Assembly: GCA_949358305.1 (NCBI GenBank)
Contig: OX442314.1
Location: forward strand, 22,072,001 to 22,136,000
Length of the DNA: 64,000 bases
Source of the DNA: Strigamia acuminata
Taxonomy: Eukaryota
Reading direction: 5' to 3'
Positions 12,801-22,750 of the stretch are shown here, piece after piece. A program made the translations under genes and the position numbers. The notes under the pieces are model-generated. The model was given only the letters and a program-made list of their open reading frames with translations. It did not search any database and had not been told where the DNA came from. Every line of letters starts with the position of its first letter. Positions within the stretch are counted from its first letter, which is position 1.

Positions 12801-15800
12801 AAATCGTACAATTCGGTCGAGGCTAAATGGAGTGTTTCGAGCAGTAACTCAACGCATTCGCAGACCATTGTCTCGGAGCGCGACAGACGCAAACACAGGC
12901 CAGACTCCTCCTTGTCCAATTGCAGTTCGAATTCGAAATTGTTAGCTCGTTATAAGGTGTACAATCCCGAAACGAAACAGTCGAACGTCCACTCCGAGCC
13001 CGTTTCGCGCATAGAAGTGGATCCGGTAGTTAATAGCAAGACCACCGGGTGTTCGAGTGCCCCTTCTAATTACGATGTGAAAGAGGATCCGCCCTCACTG
13101 TTACCCCGGTTGAGAAAAACGACTTCTAGGTGTGCGAAAATCGTTTTGAGCCCGCAATTGAAGCCCAAATATACCCCGTCTCGGTCGAAAATTGTGACAA
13201 AATTAATGCTCAATGCCAAGAAGAATTCGAGAATTCGATTATCCCAAAAAGCCGTACCGAAACCCACATTTTCGCGCTTGAAATACCCAACTTGCGGCCC
13301 AAAGTCCACTTGTTTGCACCCACAAAAACAGATTTTGCCGCCTTCCGGCTCGAAATCACCTTGTGCACCATTAAAATGTCCGGCCAAGAGTCCCGGCGGT
13401 CCCGGTGCCAAGGGTTTAAAGATAAAAGCTCAAACCAAGACCCCCACAGCTAATAATACACTTTTGAATTCGAAAAAAAAATTCGAACCGCTTCGCTCCA
13501 CGGTGCCACTCACGGTGGACAGTTGTGGCGTGTCGCCAGAATTAATCAAATGTTGCACGCCACGGGTGTGTAAGGAAACGTGCAAGTTAGAACGCGAGGT
13601 TTCTCCGGAATTAATCAAATGTTGCACGCCACGGGTCTGTAAAGAAACGTGCAAGTTAGAACGCGAGGTTTCTCCGGAATTAATCAAATGTTGTACGCCA
13701 CGGGTCTGTAAGGAAATATGCAAGTTAGAACGCGGTGTTTCTCCAGAATTAATCAAAAGCTCTACGCCACGGGTCTATAAGGAAACGAGCAAGTTAGAAC
13801 GCGGTGTTTCCCCAGAATTAATCAAAAGCTTTACGCCACGGGTCTGTAAGGAAACGAGCAAGTTAGAACGCGGTTTTTCCCCAGAATTAATCAAAAGCTT
13901 TACGCCACGGGTCTGTAAGGAAACGAGCAAGTTAGAACGCGGTGTTTCCCCAGAATTAATCAAAAGCTTTACGCCACGGGTCTGTAAAGAAACGAGCAAG
14001 TTAGAACGCGATGTTTCCCTAGAATTAATCAAATGTTCTACGCCACGGGTCTGTAAGGAAACGAGCAAGTTAGAAAGTGGTGTTTCCCCGGAATTAAAAA
14101 AAAGGAGTACGCCACGGTCCGGTAAGAAGACCAGTAAGTCAGAACGTGGTGTTTCCTCAGAATTAAAGAAAAGCTGTACGCCACGGGCCGCTAAGAAGAC
14201 CAATAAGTCAGTTTGTGGTTCCTCATACGCTCGGAAGGGGATTTTTAACCGACAATCCTCGGACTCGAGCGCTACCGGTAGCACTAATTTCGTCGGTCGA
14301 CTTTTCCGTGACGCATCGGAGTCAACACTGGACTTGACGTTAAATGAAAGCCGAAAATCGTCGCAAACGACCGTTTCCACTCCGTTTGCGGGAAAATTTG
14401 AACGCAGCTCGTCACCAACGACTCAGACCGCACCGATCGCGACTTACGTGAATATGTTTAAACAAACGACGAATTGCAGCGACGGTTTTAACCGGTCCCA
14501 AAACGAAATAAATTCGCCGCGCAGTTCCGGGTTCGTGAGAGTCAAGTCCAGTTTTGGTGTCCCGAACTCGGACCAATCCAGGCAAAGCAGTCCGCGGACT
14601 TCGACCGAATGCTCGGAACACGAAACAACGGATAGAAGCGGCATTCCGTCGAGACACGGCTCGAAACGACACAAAAAATCGCACGACTCCGTTGTTACAA
14701 CTTCGACGCTGGATTGTTTCAGTAACCCAACTTTGGCAACCGACACAACATTTGGACAGCCCAAGGAAGTTGTCGGTTTCTCAAGCGATTCGAATTCCCG
14801 GCCAACTGAAACGCAAGCTGGGAAAAACTTGCGCAGACCGTGCGGCGCACCGCAGAAACGGTCAGCAATTCCACGACTGATTAAAGCGCATTTTAATTTT
14901 TCAAAAACACTCCCCACTTGTGTAAAGGGGGATCAAAATGATAATACATTTGTTCACAATAGCGTTGAAGTGGCTTCGAATTATTCTGGCGTGACTTCGA
15001 ATCATTCCGGCGCGACTTCGAATCATTCCGGCGCGACTTCGAATCGTTCCGGCGCGATTTCGAATCATTACGGCGCGATTTCGAATCATTACGGCGCGAT
15101 TTCGAATCATTACGGCGCGATTTCGAATCATTCCTGTGCGACTTCGAATCATTCTTCTGGCTCTGAGTATTGTACTTGTGTTTCCACTTGCTCTTCCTCG
15201 CTTTCCTATCACACCTGCAGTATGACTGAGTGTTATAGTATGTTTTATTTGGTTTGATTTAATTGAATTAGTTTGTTTGTAATGACTGTAAAACTATTTA
15301 TTTATTTTATTTATTTTTTTTTTATTATTTAATAATTTGGAAGTTGAATAAATGAAGTTTACAATTTTATTTTTGTGTTTTTATTTTAGAGTTCGATGGA
15401 AGAAGGTGGTGATGCAAGTAAAAGTAACAGCAGCAATGTGATTCCAGGTGATAAGTTGGAGAATTTGTCCAGTTTCGTGGTGGAACCAGCTCCACAAGGA
15501 TCGCTCCTTAAGTGTCGTATCACGCGTGATCGTAAAGGAATGGATCGAGGTCTTTTCCCAACTTATTATCTTCATTTGGAGAAGGAGGATGGCAAAAGGG
15601 TATTTCGACAAAATGTACAATTGCGTTCAATTGTTTTGCTCACGATTTGTTGTTCTACAATAGGTGTTTCTTTTGGCTGCTCGAAAACGGAAGAAAAGCA
15701 CTACGTCGAATTACTTAATATCAACTGATCCGACGGATTTGAGTCGAAGTGGGGACTCGTTTATGGGGAAGTTGAGGTAAAATAGAATAAAAATGTTTTT

Positions 15801-16697
15801 GGTTTTTAAAAATATTAATTTTGTGATTTAAATTCTAGGTCGAATTTAATCGGAACTCAATTTACGCTTTTCGACGGTGGTGCGAATCCTAGAAAAGGCC
15901 TGGCTGCTAGCGACAGAAACAATGCTCGTCAGGAACTAGCTGCTGTGATCTATGTATGTCTATAAGTAGCATTGCAATGGAGAGGAGAAAAGTGTGTAAC
16001 AAAACGAATTTTTTTTTTTGCAGGAAACCAATGTGTTGGGTTTTAAAGGACCAAGAAAGATGACTATTGTTTTACCAGGAATGACTGTTGATAATCACAG
16101 GGTTGATATGCAAATTAATGTGGTTAGAATCATTTATTAGTGTTGTTCTAGTTTGGAAGATTTGTTAATATTTGTTATTTGTTTTTATAGGACGGTGATG
16201 GACTTCTAGAGAGGTGGAAAGTTAATAATATGGATAACTTAATCCAACTTCATAATAAAACACCAGTATGGAACGAAGGTAACATCTACAGCTTGTGTAA
16301 TGAAATAATTTGATTAATTTATTTTGTTTGTAGAAACACAATCGTATGTTTTGAATTTTGGAGGGCGAGTGACGCATGCATCGGTGAAAAACTTTCAAGT
16401 TGTTCACGACAACGATGGTATACATTATTTATTTAAACCATTTAAACGAGTAAAAATTAGTTTACACTCTTGTAAATGAATTACACGCGTTTATACTCGT
16501 TTAAAGGACAGTTATGTTTGTTTTATATATTTTTTTAATTTTGAACTTTAAATTTATTTCCAGTTGACTACATAGTAATGCAGTTTGGCCGAGTAGCCGA
16601 AGATGTATTTACTATGGACTTTCGTTTTCCAATGTGTGCTCTTCAGGCTTTTGGAATTGCTTTGAGCAGTTTTGATAGCAAGTTAGCATGCGAGTGA
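9868..16697 (+). CDS. ktub: Tubby-family protein (king tubby/TULP), multi-exon, 5'-incomplete
   Basis: Phase-consistent GT-AG exons 9868-10014, 12010-12215, 15390-15599, 15664-15776, 15839-15953, 16024-16122, 16191-16278, 16334-16417, 16564-16697. The translation gives [29 protein letters not shown] and the complete tubby domain ([142 protein letters not shown]). The basic/Gln-rich N-terminal exon(s) typical of tubby were not found in the window. Confidence 0.96.
11046..11118 (+). CDS. Candidate alternative first coding exon of tubby ([24 protein letters not shown])
   Basis: ATG at 11046, 24 codons plus G, donor gtaaac at 11119. Phase 1 matches the 12010 acceptor (G+AA = Glu). Confidence 0.45.
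12010..15257 (+). CDS. Extended/alternative exon of the tubby locus: ~1014 extra Ser/Pro/Lys/Cys-rich residues with tandem repeats
   Basis: ORF 12024-15257 begins inside tubby exon 12010-12215 and reads in frame through its donor (AGC|gtaagg, 12216) with no stop for ~3 kb. It is markedly more GC/CpG-rich than the flanking intron DNA. AATAAA at 15347-15352. Confidence 0.7.
13527..14216 (+). repeat. Coding minisatellite, 10 x 69 bp ([23 protein letters not shown])
   Basis: Directly visible in both DNA and translation. Confidence 0.95.
14976..15164 (+). repeat. Coding minisatellite, 9 x 21 bp ([14 protein letters not shown])
   Basis: Repeated ttcgaatcattccggcgcga(c/t) units. Confidence 0.95.
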
Positions 16698-18156
16698 ACT
16701 TAGGAACAACAACTAAAGTAATTAAAAAGGTGTTTTCGAGAACTAATACCCACTATGTCAATTTTTATGCAATGCAACCAAAAACAAAATGAATTTCATG
16801 CAAAGTGAAATCGTGCACTTGTGTTGTCACCACAGACCGATATATGCGTGTCTCCAAGTACAACTTTAAATCCTTTTGTACATTAAGTGGATTGTTTACT
16901 GTGTTTTTCAGCATTTGAAGATGAATGACGCTTTTTTTCTTCTTTATTTTTGTTTGTTTGTGTGTCTCTTATTTTATTTTAATTTTTTTTTAATTTTTTT
17001 TAATTTTTTTTTTATTTTTATTTATTTATTTTTCTTTTTTGAATTAATCGTTTACTGATTCAGTTTGGAATTTCTTTGCTCGCAGACATTTTGTGTCTGA
17101 ATTTTATGGATGATAATCCTTTTGGAGATACTATAAAATTGTCATAATTTGTAAACTGAACGAGTCAGATGGAAAATTTTCTCTATTTTTCTAAGAAAAA
17201 CTTTTAATTCAGATGACACCCACCATGTAAATTTATTGCAGTTACTTAATGCAACAATTTTTGTGCACTATGTACATTTATTGCAATTTTTGTTAGATGA
17301 TTATTGTGTTTAGAAAAAAAAAATGTTGTTTACAGTTTAGAAAAATTTTTATGTTATTTATACATAGAAATGTATGTAACATCATGAGAAACAAGATTTT
17401 TGTTACAATTTCCGTTCGTTCAAGGTTGTAACTTTGCGTTTCCAAATTGGTTTGTACCATGCTTTCTCTCGCAATGATTTTACTCTCTTACGTGTATTGT
17501 TGATTGATTAAAATATTTTTGGATTTTACGTCCAACCCGGAATTAACTAAAGTATTCAAACATTTTTTGAGGTGAGTTTTGTACTTAAATATATCTTGGT
17601 TGTGGTATTTTAGAGGAAAAAAACGGGTCTCTGTCACCGACAGCTAAGTTTTCAGTGAAAGGCAGGTGGTAGATGCTTTTACGGTTAAAAATCCATTTTC
17701 TTACACATGGGAGATAAAATAAAGTTGTAAAATGAAAAAATATCATTCAAACAGTAAATTTTGCTTCAAATTCACACTCATCTCGCTGTGTTTTGCAGTG
17801 AAGCGATTTTGCGTGAGAGAATTCAGTTTGCTACACTTTGATTACCATTAAAAGGTTGCAACTATTTCAAAAACCGATTAGCATAAATTCTAGAAAATTC
17901 AATTTTTTATTTTTTACAGTTGCATTAATAAATTCGGACATTAAAATTTTTAAAAACTTACTACAGAAAATAATAAACGTTACATACATCAAGGTTAAAT
18001 AAAATATTAAAAAATGATTTAAAACGAGAGTTCATATAATGAAGCGTTGCAATTCAACCTTATTTAACCGAATCACGATGTTTAGGGTTGTGAATGTGGA
18101 GTAAAAGTTGATTCCGAACTGTTGTCAAAAACAACAGGTATACCGGTATTGCCTTC

Positions 18157-19117
18157 TTAGTATCTACACGGACAAGCTGGACAACATTTACAGCAATCGC
18201 ATGGCACAGGCTTTCTTCCACTATTAGGGCTTCCGCAATTACAACATTGGTAGGTTTTGTCACCTGTTTTGCATTGCTCACAACATTGGCAACCTCCATC
18301 GGCGAGTCCGCATTCACATTCTACATCACCGTTCTCTTCCACTTCTAAGTAAAAAGTTACGTTAAACTCTTGATAAAATTAAAGTTTAAGTGTTATATAG
18401 CATACCTTCATCATTTTCTTCAAGAACACCGGCAACTCCAATCATAATGACAATACCACCACCGACAAATCCCATATGGGCAGCAGCTCCATTAGGTTCA
18501 GGAGGATTTAAATCATCCGGTTCAGGAAAATTAAATTCATTCGGTTCAGGAGGATTAAATTCATTCGGTTCAGGAGGATTTAATTCATCCGGTTCAGGAA
18601 AATTAAATTCATTCGGTTCAGGAGGATTAAATTCATCCGGTTCAGGAAAATTAAATTCATTCGGTTCAGGAGGATTTAATTCATTCGGTTCAGGAAGATT
18701 AAAATCATTCGGTTCAGGATTTAAATCATTCGGCTCAGGAAGATTAAAATCATTCGGTTCAGGAGGAATTAAATCATTAGGTTCAGGAGGAATTAAATCG
18801 TTAGGTTCAGGAGGAATTAAATCGTTAGGTTCAGGAGGAATTAAATCGTTAGGTTCAGGAGGAATTACTTCGTTAGGTTCAGGCGGAATTAAATTGTCAG
18901 GTTCATGGAGATTTAAATCATCCATGGCGAATTGCAGTTCCTCGACGTCCGGGTCAGCAGGCTGGTCAGCTAAATCTGCAAGAGCAGCAACAGCTGGGTG
19001 CACAAGTCCATTGGGTTCTGGGTTGTCGACATTGTGTATAATAGCTTCGGCGACTGCAATTAATTCCTCATTGTTTATAATAGCTTCAGGGACTGGAACT
19101 AAATCATCTTGATCCAT
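18157..19117 (-). CDS. Cys-cluster gene A: acidic PEPN-repeat protein with C-terminal 16-Cys domain (299 aa)
   Basis: Exon 19117-18406, 61-bp phase-1 intron (G|gtatgc...ttacttag), exon 18344-18157; 900 nt in frame. C-terminus is DVECECGLADGGCQCCEQCKTGDKTYQCCNCGSPNSGRKPVPCDCCKCCPACPCRY. An Inr-like TCAGTT lies ~57 nt upstream of the ATG. Confidence 0.8.
18490..18905 (-). repeat. Coding minisatellite, ~17 x 24 bp (PEPN[DE]xxP)
   Basis: Repeated ggttcaggaggaattaaatc.. units on +; one unit is 21 bp. Confidence 0.95.
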
Positions 19118-19780
19118 TTTTTCAGTTGATGCTCCTTCTCGAGTTGTTGTTCTGAAGAAATCCCTTTTCGAACTGACATACTGTCACCAAACTCCGACCA
19201 AGAAAACTATTTTGCGATTGTATAATAATTTGCATAAAATATGAAAATAATGTTATTGCAGATTAATTTGAATATTTTAAAGTAAAAAATAAAAAATTAC
19301 TTAAATTCATAGCCGTATGGATATATATATTTAAAATAAAGTTATTATAATCGATAATTTTTAATGTTATCTTGTAAATACTAGAAATCATCATTTGACA
19401 TTTTTTTTATTTTCGAGATTTTATTATTACACAACACAGACAAACGAGTCACTTTCAATTTAAAATTTAAATTAATACTTGAGCGATGTACGGTAATAAA
19501 TTTAAAAAATCATACGTAGATTTACATTTTCTATATACTTTTGTGCTTACGCTTTGTATCGAACCAATATCCAATAAAAAATTTATAAACAAAAAATTAT
19601 TTCTATGCGCTTTTGCTAACTGAAACATGTTTTAAATTAAACAATTTTATTTTTGTTAAAACTGAAGTTGGTAAATTACATTATACAAAAATAACACATG
19701 CAACAATTTCGAATAAATTAATGAACAAAAATTCTTCTAGATCAGTTGAGTTAGTTTGCACTTAATTGGAGGAAATGAAC

Positions 19781-19863
19781 GCATTGAAGCCGACTTTGGA
19801 TAAAGCTGAACCGGGGCGTCCACGTTCCGTATCGGTACACCCAATTCCTCCTCTTGCTCAAGC
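19781..19863 (+). repeat. Inverted copy of 21483-21565 (gene C exon 1), 79/83 nt identical
   Basis: Manual alignment of gcattgaagccgactttggataaagctg...cttgctcaagc against the reverse complement of 21483-21565 gives 4 mismatches and no gaps. Confidence 0.95.
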
Positions 19864-19886
19864 TCTTATACGTATAACTCGCTTCT

Positions 19887-20412
19887 TCACTTGGCACGCT
19901 TTTCGCTTTCATCTTTCGACTCGTTTTTGCATTGACAAGCCACACAGCATTCGCATTTTTCATCCATGTAGCTTACGGTACAAGTGGCAATATTAGAAAG
20001 ATCTTTCATTCCTCCTGGACAGTGCATGCAACAAGAACATGCAGTACATTTGCATTCAACGTCATCGGAACCAGAAGTTTGGTCTGCAATTAAATAATAA
20101 AAAATAAACAGAGTAAATAAAACTCAAATTTCAATTGCCAAATAAATACTTACTCGAATCAATAACAGGAACAACTGCAATGCCAGCAGTAGCTTCACGA
20201 TCAGGAGACAATGATGAAATACGAGCTCGAAGAGGTGTGTTCATTAACGAACTAAAAGGACTACTAAACCTCGGTACACGTGGTGTTACGGGAGGTAAAT
20301 TTGGCATTGGCGACGCAGGAGGCGTTCTAAATTCTTCCTGTTCAAGCGATGTTGGTTCTGTTGGTTTTGATAGTTCATAAAAAGTTTTATTAAGATCTTC
20401 GCTAGGATCCAT
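19887..20412 (-). CDS. Cys-cluster gene B: Pro/Ser-rich protein with C-terminal 12-Cys domain (151 aa)
   Basis: Exon 20412-20154, 70-bp phase-1 intron (A|gtaagt...attgcag), exon 20083-19887; 456 nt in frame. C-terminus is NQTSGSDDVECKCTACSCCMHCPGGMKDLSNIATCTVSYMDEKCECCVACQCKNESKDESEKRAK. Exon 2 does not appear in the supplied ORF track. Confidence 0.8.
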
Positions 20413-21048
20413 GGTTTTGCTTTGTTTAATGCTGCTGCACTAACGTAGATAGCAGATTTCAGCTTATTTGTACTGTTTTCGACAGGGAAATCAATTTCCA
20501 TAGCAGACGAATATTAATTTGAATAGGACACATGATTGGATAAAAAAAACGACGTTAATGAATTTGTTTATTTTATTCTTCACTATTCTTTATTTTTGAT
20601 AGTTTGTCTTTTAAATTAATTGTAATTTCTTGCTTTTTTCTTCATTAAATTGTTATTTTTTACCTTTTTCTTTATTAAATTATCATTTTTTTCATCAATT
20701 TTTTGTTTACTTTTTTAATTTATACTTCATTATTTTTCATTTAAATTATAATTTAACTTACTATGTTAGGATCGCTAAATTATTAAAAAAAAAAAACCGT
20801 ACACCGTAGATTTATATGGTACACCACCTACGAATAAAAACGCATTAAGTTAGTTTTATGAATAAATTTTATTTTTTTATTCCGCACACAAAAATAATAT
20901 AACGAATTAGCAGAACTAGCAAAACGGAACAATTTTTAACAATAAACTTAGCAAGGAAGAAAAATACATTTAAATTTTAAACAAATCAATTTCAACGAGA
21001 CAAAAAACCAATTATTCGGAAACTTTGAATACCATACAATAAATCAAG

Positions 21049-21604
21049 TTAAACGAGAATAGGTTGAAGCAGCGGAGGTGGTGGATCTGGAATAACTTCG
21101 GGTTCGGGCTTCAAAACGGTCAGACATTTGCAAGCAGCGCAGCAAGCACACTCGGTCGGAAGATTTGCGTCGCGAGGCGTACAGTCGCAACGACGAATAA
21201 CAGCGCTGTTTCCCTGCCTACAATAATCGCAGCAGGTACACAGTTGGCAGAGACATTCTCCGTGACTGGTACCATTACCTAAATATAAATCCCAAAGAGT
21301 TAATAAAAAAAATAGCGATTTTTAGTAATAACTAACCAAATGTAACGGAAATAGTGGTATGCCAAGTTACATGTAACTTACCCTGGTTATTATTCCCATC
21401 TTCGGGGGCCACTGCAATTACATGACCAGGATCCGCTCCGATGTTCGGAGCGTTTGGATCGAGAATGGGTTCTCCACCAAGTGCTTGAGCAAGAGGAGGA
21501 ATTGGGTTGACCGATACGGGACGTGGACGCCCCTGTTCAGCTTTATCCAAAGTCGGCTTCAATGCTTTCGGGCTTGCTTCGGTTGTCCTGCCTTTGGTAT
21601 CCAT
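21049..21604 (-). CDS. Cys-cluster gene C: Pro-rich protein with C-terminal 13-Cys domain (150 aa)
   Basis: Exon 21604-21382, 103-bp phase-1 intron (G|gtaagt...atatttag), exon 21278-21049; 453 nt in frame. C-terminus is GNGTSHGECLCQLCTCCDYCRQGNSAVIRRCDCTPRDANLPTECACCAACKCLTVLKPEPEVIPDPPPPLLQPILV. Confidence 0.8.
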
Positions 21605-21986
21605 GTTTGTTAAGTTTGGCGTGCTGCGTAAATCTGTCTGACAAGGAATTTAAATTTCCCGCGAGCTTTATACACAATTTTTTTCGGTGTCGTGCGCAAA
21701 ATAAATTTGCATCAACGTCAAAACACATGACGGACGAATCAGCCAATCAATCATTCCAATTTGAATTACTGGTAGAGACAAATATGGAAATTATTTGACG
21801 TATTTCACGTTACGTAATTTAAAAAATTTCGATGTTATTTGTCTTATCAGTTTCGATATTTAAAAAAATAAATAAATAAAAATACTAAGAATTTGATAAT
21901 TTTAACGTAACATTTTATTCTTATAAAAATACAAACAAAACTCTAAATAAATAAAATAAAACAAAAACTTTAGGCAGTAGCAATGA

Positions 21987-22624
21987 TTATGACTGAGACT
22001 GATTAATTAATTCATTTTGCCTTCCTTCTGGTTCTGAGCTAGAACTAGAAAAAAAGTCAATAACTTCAAACGAAGTAGTAACAACGGGCGCCGTGACTGT
22101 TGGCGGAGACACTTTCGTACTCAACCCAACAAAGTTGGACGTAGATTTCAAATTAAGAGGTCCTAGAATTCTCTTTGCAGGTTCCTGAGTCGAAATCCTA
22201 ATTGATCTCAACGACGAAGGCTTAGGCGGCGTCGATTCCGGTTCACTCGACGCCTAAACGGACAAATCGGTCGGAAAATTCATCAAACTGGAAGACGTCG
22301 TTTCCACCGGTTCGCTTTTAACCGACAGATCCAACGTTGACCTATTATTGATGACATGGAATTTGAAAGATATCAAATTCTGTGTTGTCGAGTTCTCTAA
22401 TTTTGTTTTTTCTTTTTTCTAAATACTGTTACAGCATAGTTATTACTATTAGCAATAGATGGCGCTCCGAAATTGGGCATAGTAGATGATTGTTTAACCC
22501 GATGCCGAGTGCGCAGTCTAGTGTATTCAGGTCTGTGGTTGAACCTAAGGTTTAACATACTTTTCGATTTCAACGTTGCTGAACTGTTAAAAATTCTAAG
22601 AATTGTGAAGTACACAGGAACCAT
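21987..22624 (-). pseudogene. Disrupted coding sequence of a low-complexity Ser/Thr/Pro-rich protein with PxDLS-like and SUMO-type motifs
   Basis: The frame KLENSTT..STLDLSVKSEPVETT..FPTDLSV*ASSEPES..PLNLKST..FEVIDFFSSSSSE continues across an in-frame TAG (22254-22256). There is an apparent frameshift at the A-tract near 22405 from ORF 22624-22397. Confidence 0.45.
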
Positions 22625-22750
22625 AAGTCCTCCAACAGCCTTAAAATTTGACTAATAAGCCCAAAATTTTATTTTCTAGTCCAAAATCAGCCACTGGAGG
22701 ACTGGAGTTCTGATTTGAAAAAGCTCCCTGAATGTAAGTGCCTTTCGATT

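Noticed and set aside
13527..15164. Regular repeat arrays as possible CRISPR arrays
   Set aside because: Head-to-tail coding repeats with no unique spacers, no cas genes, and a eukaryotic context.
13070..15212. Several minus-strand and alternative-frame ORFs (e.g. 13430-13756, 13775-14380, 14901-15212)
   Set aside because: Shadows of the long plus-strand ORF and its tandem repeats.
18157..18342. Stand-alone 61-aa metallothionein gene
   Set aside because: The ORF begins at a GTG just after a splice acceptor. It is exon 2 of a 299-aa protein.
18390..19112. 240-aa plus-strand ORF rich in GSGG repeats
   Set aside because: Antisense shadow of the PEPN repeat of gene A. The minus strand has the splice sites and the paralog-supported Cys domain.
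19766..19996. 76-aa plus-strand ORF containing LKPTLDKAEPGRPR as a separate gene
   Set aside because: Similarity is limited to the 83-nt inverted fragment; the remainder is antisense to gene B exon 2.
18000..22700. Endogenous virus/Polinton origin for the small-gene block
   Set aside because: No capsid, pPolB, integrase or ATPase motifs and no terminal repeats seen. The genes have host-type short introns. Not fully excludable without a database search.
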